This document shows positions 57,999 to 64,000 of a DNA stretch of 64,000 nt, piece by piece. The notes under the pieces were generated by a model. The model made no database searches, had not been told where the DNA came from, and saw only the letters and a list, made by a program, of their open reading frames with translations. The stretch is taken from positions 72,013-136,012 of the forward strand of contig JBLYPX010000001.1 in NCBI GenBank assembly GCA_048538235.1, written 5' to 3'. The stretch is from Candidatus Komeilibacteria bacterium. Lineage in GTDB: Bacteria; Patescibacteriota; Patescibacteriia; UBA1558. Numbering within the stretch: position 1 is the first letter of the stretch; each line of letters starts with the position of its first letter. A program made the position numbers and the translations under genes.

Positions 57999-60080
57999 TT
58001 ATTCCATGTGCGTTTTTTCTAGTATTTTGTCCATTTTTTTCTTTAATTTAGGGAAATGCTCTAATTTAGGATCTAGCTTTAATATTTCTTGAGCTGCAGT
58101 CTGTGCTTGTTTTAATAGTACAACATTTTGTAAAGCGTTAATTATAAACTGATTATCAAAACCAGATTGAGCAGTGCCATATATATTACCACCACCTCTA
58201 AATTTTAAATCTCTTTCTGCTAGTGCAAAGCCATCATAATTGTCTACCAAAGCTTTTAATCTGGAGATGGTTTTTGGAGTATCACTATCTGTAAATAGAT
58301 AACAGTATGATTGGTATTCACCTCTACCAACCCTACCTCTAAATTGATGCAATTGAGCAAGCCCGAATCTATCTGCACCTTCGATCATCATGACGGTTGC
58401 ATTAGGAACATCCACACCTACTTCAACCACAGAGGTTGAAACCAGTATTTTGATTTCATTGTTTTTAAATTGTTCCATTATGTGTGTTTTTTCTTCAGGT
58501 TTTAATTTACCATGAAGAAGTCCAATATTTAAATGGGGGAATACTTCTTTATCTAAATGTTCATATTCTTCAGTAACAGATTTAACACCAAGTTTATCTG
58601 ATGGATCAATTAGGGGGCAAATAACAAAAACCTGTCTACCTTCTTCAATTTGAGAGTTTATGAACTCATATGATTTAGTTCTATCTACAGGAGGAATAAT
58701 TTTAGTAATTATCTTTTGTCTGCCAGAAGGAAGAGATTTTATTAAGGATATGTCTAAATCTCCATAAAGTGCTAAAGCTAAAGTTCTTGGTATTGGTGTG
58801 GCGGTCATAGATAAGAAGTGAGGCATTGTGGCTGGATCACCAGATTTATCTCTTAAAGCTTTTCTTTGATCTACTCCAAATCTATGCTGTTCATCAATTA
58901 TTACTAATCCTAAATTATTATACTCTACAGTTTTTTGTATTAAAGCGTGAGTGCCAACAATAAAATCTACTTTACCTTCTTTAATGTATTCTAATAATTC
59001 CTTCTTTTTCATTTCTATTTCTTCACCATCTTTGTAGAGAATAGAATCTTTTAGTGTTAATAGACAGTATGTTATTTTTTTATCTGGTAATAGTTTTTTA
59101 ATTGTTTGAATGTGTTGTTGAGCTAGAATAGTAGTAGGTGCCATTAAAGCAACTTGGAAACTATTAATAATAGCGCTATAGGCGGCGAGGATAGCAACTA
59201 CTGTTTTACCAGAGCCAACATCTCCATCTAATAGTCTGTTCATAGGGCTTTTACTTTCCATGTTTTGTATAATTTCCCAACCTGCTTTTTTTTGGTCAGG
59301 TGTTAGAGTAAAAGGCAGGCTATTAACAAACTCTTGAATCTCATCTTTTTTAAAAGGAAGGCTTGGAGCATTATTTTCTTGCAATGCATTTTTAATCATT
59401 TGCTGCTGTAATTGTAAAAGAAATATCTCATTGAATTGTAATCTTTCTTGAGCAGCTTTTAAGGCTAATTCGTTTTCTGGAAAATGGATTTGTTCAAGCG
59501 CTTCTGCTAAATCTATTAATTCATTATCTTCTCTTATCTTTTCTGGTAACCAATCTGTCATTTTTTCTAAAGCAGGTAGACAAGATTGAGCAATAAATCT
59601 AATTTGTTTTTGAGTAAGCTTTTCTGTAGTTGAATAGATGGGAACTAATCTACCAGTGTGAGTAGTTATTTCTTTTACTTTCTCATAGGAAGGGTTACTC
59701 ATTTGTTGCGCTAATAATTCACCAGTTACTTTACCAGCTAATATTATTTGATCACCCTTTTTGAACATTTTAGATATATATGGTTGATTAAACCAAATAA
59801 CTTTAATAGATCCAGTGTCATCTGTAACTAGTGCTTCTGTAAGAGTTAGTTTTCTGTTTCTAGCTCTACGACTGGATAGAAGTTCAATTGTGCCTTGAAT
59901 AGTAGCTGGTTGATCTGGTATAAGCTCATCTATTTTAGCCATATTACTAAAGTCATCGTATCTAAAAGGTAAGTGCCATAAAATATCCTCAACTGTTTTA
60001 ATATTAAGTCTACGTAAACGGCCAGCAACAGCCATACCAATTCTATTTATTTCATTAACCTTTGTCTTAAGTGTAATCAT
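57999..60080 (-). CDS. recG: ATP-dependent DNA helicase RecG
   Basis: MNRLLDGDVGSGKT, DEQHRFGV, MTATPIPRTL and QLHQFRGRVGRG. Confidence 0.97.
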   Translation of the reverse strand: MITLKTKVNEINRIGMAVAGRLRRLNIKTVEDILWHLPFRYDDFSNMAKIDELIPDQPATIQGTIELLSSRRARNRKLTLTEALVTDDTGSIKVIWFNQPYISKMFKKGDQIILAGKVTGELLAQQMSNPSYEKVKEITTHTGRLVPIYSTTEKLTQKQIRFIAQSCLPALEKMTDWLPEKIREDNELIDLAEALEQIHFPENELALKAAQERLQFNEIFLLQLQQQMIKNALQENNAPSLPFKKDEIQEFVNSLPFTLTPDQKKAGWEIIQNMESKSPMNRLLDGDVGSGKTVVAILAAYSAIINSFQVALMAPTTILAQQHIQTIKKLLPDKKITYCLLTLKDSILYKDGEEIEMKKKELLEYIKEGKVDFIVGTHALIQKTVEYNNLGLVIIDEQHRFGVDQRKALRDKSGDPATMPHFLSMTATPIPRTLALALYGDLDISLIKSLPSGRQKIITKIIPPVDRTKSYEFINSQIEEGRQVFVICPLIDPSDKLGVKSVTEEYEHLDKEVFPHLNIGLLHGKLKPEEKTHIMEQFKNNEIKILVSTSVVEVGVDVPNATVMMIEGADRFGLAQLHQFRGRVGRGEYQSYCYLFTDSDTPKTISRLKALVDNYDGFALAERDLKFRGGGNIYGTAQSGFDNQFIINALQNVVLLKQAQTAAQEILKLDPKLEHFPKLKKKMDKILEKTHME

Positions 60081-60129
60081 ATATTTATTGTAGCAGATAG
60101 GGGGATAAAAAAATAGCTATTAAGGGTAT

Positions 60130-60162
60130 AAAAAACCCCCACTTATACAAGTGAGGATTTTT
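60130..60162 (-). terminator. Terminator of the tRNA-Ser pair
   Basis: AATCCTCACTT-gtat-AAGTGGGGGTT-TTTT on the minus strand. Confidence 0.7.
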
Positions 60163-60252
60163 TGGCGGAGAGAGTGGGATTCGAACCCACGGGACCCGTG
60201 AAGGCCCAACAGTTTTCAAGACTGTCGCATTCGACCACTCTGCCATCTCTCC
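60163..60252 (-). tRNA. tRNA-Ser(TGA)
   Basis: ACAGT-CT-TGA-AA-ACTGT anticodon arm, long variable arm, encoded CCA. Confidence 0.96.
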
Positions 60253-60253
60253 G

Positions 60254-60346
60254 TGGCGGAGAGAGAGGGATTCGAACCCTCGCGCCGGCATATACCGACC
60301 TAACGGTTTAGCAAACCGTCCCCTTCAGCCTCTTGGGTACCTCTCC
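60254..60346 (-). tRNA. tRNA-Ser(GCT)
   Basis: ACGGT-TT-GCT-AA-ACCGT anticodon arm, long variable arm, encoded CCA. Confidence 0.96.
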
Positions 60347-60460
60347 GCAAGTCAATAATATTCATTGACTAAGTCTATATATTGTTAAAAAGCCTAAAAA
60401 GTATAATAGATTTTTAATCTATTGTCAATTGTTAAGAATAATACTATAATTTAAGTATAT

Positions 60461-60970
60461 ATGGCAAATACAGATAAAATATATATGGATGGTGAATATG
60501 TTGGAACTGTTAAGTTTGTATGGGAAGTTCCAGAGTTTCAAGACTACACCAGAGGTAAAAGATGGTATTTAACAGCAGCTATTATTGGTTTGCTATTATT
60601 AGTTTATGCCGTTTATACTGCCAATCTATTATTTGGTATGATTATTATTATTGCCGCTGTTACACTTGTTAAGATAGATAAATCTAAACCAGGTAATTTA
60701 CAGTTTGCTATTACTACTAAAGGAATAGTATTAGGAGATAAATATTATGAATACGGGGATGTTCATAGTTTCTATATTGTCTATGATCCACCAGAGGTGA
60801 GCAATCTATTTATTGAATTTAATAATGTTTTAAGACCTCGTATTAATATTCCTTTATTTGATCAAGATCCAATTGAATTAAGAAAATATTTGAAAAAATA
60901 TATTAATGAAGATATAGACAGGGAGGGGGAACCCATTTCCGAAGCTATTGGTAAGATATTGAAGCTCTAA
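60461..60970 (+). CDS. Conserved two-TM membrane protein with PH-like C-terminal domain
   Basis: WEVPEF..RGKRWY, two TMs and FAITTKGI. Confidence 0.7.
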   Translation: MANTDKIYMDGEYVGTVKFVWEVPEFQDYTRGKRWYLTAAIIGLLLLVYAVYTANLLFGMIIIIAAVTLVKIDKSKPGNLQFAITTKGIVLGDKYYEYGDVHSFYIVYDPPEVSNLFIEFNNVLRPRINIPLFDQDPIELRKYLKKYINEDIDREGEPISEAIGKILKL

Positions 60971-60973
60971 TCA

Positions 60974-61002
60974 TTGACAGATAGTAGATTTTAAAGTAAA
61001 CT
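60974..61002 (+). promoter_or_regulatory. Promoter of tRNA-Arg
   Basis: TTGACA-N17-TAAACT. Confidence 0.7.
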
Positions 61003-61033
61003 TCCATATGTTTATTGGAAGTTTGTTTATTAT

Positions 61034-61108
61034 GTCCTCGTAGTTCAATGGATAGAACACAAGATTGCGGTTCTTGTAATCCAGGTTCGAATCCTGGCGA
61101 GGGCACCA
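61034..61108 (+). tRNA. tRNA-Arg(GCG)
   Basis: CAAGA-TT-GCG-GT-TCTTG anticodon arm, GGTTCGAATCC T-arm, encoded CCA. Confidence 0.93.
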
Positions 61109-61117
61109 GGATAGAAT

Positions 61118-61149
61118 AAAAACCGCGTGGTTTCACCAGCGGCTTTTTT
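61118..61149. terminator. Bidirectional terminator
   Basis: aaaaa-CCGCgTGGT-ttc-ACCAGCGG-ctttttt. Confidence 0.7.
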
Positions 61150-61250
61150 AATTATTTTATCCTCCTAAAGATGTGGGCTCGACCTTGCCCTAAAAAGGAA
61201 CGACAAGCATAAGATAACAACTTAGCACGGTATATATATTTTGTAAAGTA

Positions 61251-61283
61251 AAAGTCAGCTCCATTTGGAGCTGACTTATTTTT
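61251..61283. terminator. Intrinsic terminator of the small membrane gene
   Basis: AAGTCAGCTCCA-tt-TGGAGCTGACTT. Confidence 0.8.
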
Positions 61284-61288
61284 CAGCG

Positions 61289-61480
61289 TTAATAACTAAA
61301 ACCCTCCTTGGTTAGTCGCCCGAGAGCTGCTAGAGCAATGCCCACGTTAATACAGCCCAAACCTATAGTAGATAAGTTTTGTATATTTCTGGTATTTTCT
61401 AGCATATGGTTAATTCCCAGAACACTAAAGAAGATGGTCATTAAGCAGATAGCTGCTAAAATTACAGCATCTCTTTTCAT
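61289..61480 (-). CDS. 63-aa two-TM small protein in a stand-alone cassette
   Basis: Start reassigned to MKRDAV (SD AAGGAGGG); TTGACA at 61541-46; own terminator. Confidence 0.7.
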   Translation of the reverse strand: MKRDAVILAAICLMTIFFSVLGINHMLENTRNIQNLSTIGLGCINVGIALAALGRLTKEGFSY

Positions 61481-61592
61481 TTTTCCCTCCTTTTGTTCTA
61501 TTATGTACAATATATTAGTTTTAACAGAGAGATCATTAACTGTCAATAATATATTGTCTAAAGTAATGTTTTATGCTACAACTTAAGGAGTT

Positions 61593-63377
61593 ATGTTAAA
61601 CCAAACAGAAGAAGTAAAAGCAAGAATAGACCTGATTGAAATAATTCAGGAATATATTAAATTAACCCCAGCCGGTGTTAATAATTTTAGAGCACTTTGT
61701 CCATTCCATAATGAGAAGACTCCTTCTATGATGGTTTCTAAAGATAAACAGATCTGGCATTGCTTTGGTTGCGGTGAGGGCGGAGATGTTTTTACCTGGT
61801 TACAGAAAATGGAAGGTATGGACTTCCCAGAAGCTTTAAGAGTATTAGCTAAGAAAGCAAATATTAAATTGGAGTATCATCAACCAGAACTGTCTAATAA
61901 AAAGACAAAACTATTAGATATTAATAAGCAGGCAGTAGAGTATTGGCATAATCTATTATTAAAAGATCCAAACGCAGAACCTGTGAGAAAATATTTAGAG
62001 GGCAGAGGTTTAAAACAAGAAACAATTCTAGAATGGCAATTAGGTTGGGCTAAAGATTCTTGGGATGATTTATTAAAGCATTTAAAGTCTTTAGGTTATG
62101 AAGAGAAAGATATACAAGATGCGGGTGTGGTTAGTCAAAGCCAAAAAGATAATAAATTCTATGATAGATTTCGTAATAGATTAATCTTTCCAATTTGTAA
62201 TCACCATGGTCAATTTGTTGGTTGTTCTGCTAGAACAATGTCTGGTGAAGATGCAAAGTATATTAATACGCCACAGACTCAAGTGTATAACAAAAGCTTT
62301 ATACTATTTGGTTTAGATAAGGCTAAGCAATATATTAAGAGACAAGACTATACAATTTTGGTAGAGGGTAATATGGATGTAATTGCAGTATCACAAGCTG
62401 GTACTAAAAATGTTGTTGGTGTTTCTGGCACAGCTTTAACTTTAGAACAAATACATTTACTAAAAAGATATTCAAAGAATGTTATGATAGCCTTTGATGC
62501 TGATCAAGCTGGTCAAAGAGCTGCTTTAAGAGGACTTGATCTTGCTTGGCAAGAAGGTTTAAATGTTAAGATAATTGTTCTTAAGGCAGGTAAAGATCCA
62601 GATGAATGTATAAAACAAGATAAACAATTGTGGTTAGATTCTATTAAAGGTGCAGTTAATATTATAGATTACTATTTTGACATTACTTTGAAAGATTTAG
62701 ACTTAACTAGAGCAGATCATAAGAAAAAAGCAGCCGCTGCTCTATTACCAATTATTGCTAAGTTGCCAGATGCTATTGATCGTACTCACTATATTCAAAA
62801 GTTAGCAAACTTTATTGCTGTAGATGATAAAGTCTTAGAAGATAAAATTAATTCATTGAAAACAGACAAAAGTTCTGTTAGTAAAGAAAAACCAGCTCCT
62901 GCAGTTGTTAAAACCGTAGATGCTATGGATATGTTAACTGAGAGAATATTAGCTTTATTATTGTCTGACATTAAATTACTTGCAGATGTAGAACAAAGAT
63001 TAATGCCAGAAGACTTTCATGAAGAGGTTGCTAGTATGATTTACAAGGAGTTGATTATCCAGTATAATAAAGGCACTTTTGTGAATAATACAGTAGATAT
63101 TGAGAATATATTTAAAGCTGAACCAAAGGCTTTAGATAGAGCTAATGTACTATTTTTACTAGCTGGTAGTGAGTTTAGTGACTTAACAGAACTGGCTAAA
63201 AAAAGAGAGCTCGAACAATTAGTAGATAGATTTAAAGTAGAAGGACTTAAAGCGAAAGCTTTAAAACTAGACGATGCTATTAAAATGGCAGAAGCATCTG
63301 GAGATGATGCTAAGGTTAATGAATTGCTTCAACAGAAGGATAAGTTGAATCAAGATATTAATCGTTTGTTACATTAA
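61593..63377 (+). CDS. dnaG: DNA primase
   Basis: CPFHNEKTPS..HCFGC zinc finger, YDRFRNRLIFPI, KYINTP, VEGNMDV, FDADQAG and KDPDE. Confidence 0.97.
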   Translation: MLNQTEEVKARIDLIEIIQEYIKLTPAGVNNFRALCPFHNEKTPSMMVSKDKQIWHCFGCGEGGDVFTWLQKMEGMDFPEALRVLAKKANIKLEYHQPELSNKKTKLLDINKQAVEYWHNLLLKDPNAEPVRKYLEGRGLKQETILEWQLGWAKDSWDDLLKHLKSLGYEEKDIQDAGVVSQSQKDNKFYDRFRNRLIFPICNHHGQFVGCSARTMSGEDAKYINTPQTQVYNKSFILFGLDKAKQYIKRQDYTILVEGNMDVIAVSQAGTKNVVGVSGTALTLEQIHLLKRYSKNVMIAFDADQAGQRAALRGLDLAWQEGLNVKIIVLKAGKDPDECIKQDKQLWLDSIKGAVNIIDYYFDITLKDLDLTRADHKKKAAAALLPIIAKLPDAIDRTHYIQKLANFIAVDDKVLEDKINSLKTDKSSVSKEKPAPAVVKTVDAMDMLTERILALLLSDIKLLADVEQRLMPEDFHEEVASMIYKELIIQYNKGTFVNNTVDIENIFKAEPKALDRANVLFLLAGSEFSDLTELAKKRELEQLVDRFKVEGLKAKALKLDDAIKMAEASGDDAKVNELLQQKDKLNQDINRLLH

Positions 63378-63400
63378 TAATTAGTTGTAATATATAATAA

Positions 63401-64000
63401 ATGGTAGCAAAAAAGGGGAGTAAGAAAAAACCTACTCCTAAGAAAACAACTAAAAAGAAACCAGCCAAAGCAGTGAAAAAGACTGCTAAGGCAAAATCAG
63501 CGGCTCGTGCTAAACGGGGCGCTTCCAAGAAAAAGGCAGTAAAGGCAAAACCAAAGCGTAAGCCTACTGCAAAAAAGAAACCAGCCAAAAAGGCTAAACC
63601 AAAAAAAGTTGCTAAGCCAAAAGCTAAAGCAAAACCAAAAAGAAAAGCTTCTCCTAAAAAAGTAGCCAAGAAAAAATCTTCAACCGTAGATGAGGTGGAA
63701 GAGATTTTTGTTCCTTCAACTGATCAGATAATACAGTTGTATAATAAAGGGCGTCTTCGTGGTTTTATTACAGAGGATGAAGTTTTGTATTTGTTTAAGA
63801 ATATTGAAGAGTATCCAGACACTTATGAAGGCTTCCTAGATGATTTAGATGACGCTGGTATTGCTATTGTGGTGCCAGAGGGTGGAATATTAGATAGAGA
63901 AATGAGCCAGGGTGCAGATAAAGTTATAGATTTAATAGATATGTCTGCAGATTCTATCCAAATGTATTTAAGAGAGATTGGTAGAGTACCATTACTTAAG
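63401..64000 (+). CDS. rpoD: RNA polymerase primary sigma factor (5' part, truncated by the window edge) with Lys/Ala/Pro-rich N-terminal tail
   Basis: Not in the ORF track; open frame from ATG 63401 reads MVAKKGSKKK..KGRLRGFITEDEV (region 1.1)..DSIQMYLREIGRVPLL (region 1.2); follows dnaG. Confidence 0.93.
   Translation, partial: MVAKKGSKKKPTPKKTTKKKPAKAVKKTAKAKSAARAKRGASKKKAVKAKPKRKPTAKKKPAKKAKPKKVAKPKAKAKPKRKASPKKVAKKKSSTVDEVEEIFVPSTDQIIQLYNKGRLRGFITEDEVLYLFKNIEEYPDTYEGFLDDLDDAGIAIVVPEGGILDREMSQGADKVIDLIDMSADSIQMYLREIGRVPLLK

Noticed and set aside
60085-60291. 68-aa ORF (likewise 4185-4403 and 60945-61136)
   Set aside because: These ORFs overlap tRNA genes and are spurious
63358-63669. 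103-aa Phe/Ala-rich minus-strand ORF
   Set aside because: Antisense shadow of the Lys/Ala-rich rpoD tail
1-64000. DGR reverse transcriptase, template repeat or retron
   Set aside because: No RT-like ORF and no second copy of 48133-48258 found by eye
1-64000. Stop-codon reassignment (code 25)
   Set aside because: Conserved genes are full length in code 11, Gly uses GGN codons, and TGA ends genes such as uvrC

Overview
An AT-rich bacterial chromosome segment read in the standard genetic code. The gene content points to a Patescibacteria (CPR, Parcubacteria-like) genome; this is inference from the PrgI-VirB4-pilin cluster, the secG-linked orphan OppA-like protein, tRNA-Arg(GCG) and mostly Shine-Dalgarno-less core genes. 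The backbone carries trpS, rnj, secG, uvrC, uvrA, pyk, ppsA, comF, clpC, recG, dnaG, the 5' part of rpoD, five tRNAs and a T4SS-like cluster. A ~24 kb island follows tRNA-Ser(GGA). It holds a large serine recombinase, a ParB-MTase/small terminase/large terminase operon with no portal, capsid or tail genes, a promoter-driven five-hairpin ncRNA, a PLD-SNF2 helicase plus N6-adenine MTase pair, and several HEPN/Avs-like candidates. Stand-alone single-gene cassettes with their own promoter, strong SD and terminator are scattered through the backbone, often with a large structured leader and a mini-ORF. They encode a dockerin/T9SS-CTD-like protein, a probable remote DGR target, a TraR/DksA protein and small unknowns. 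The best candidates for new biology are the capsid-less terminase element with its ncRNA and the SD-bearing cassette class. All folds and family calls were made by eye; no searches were run.
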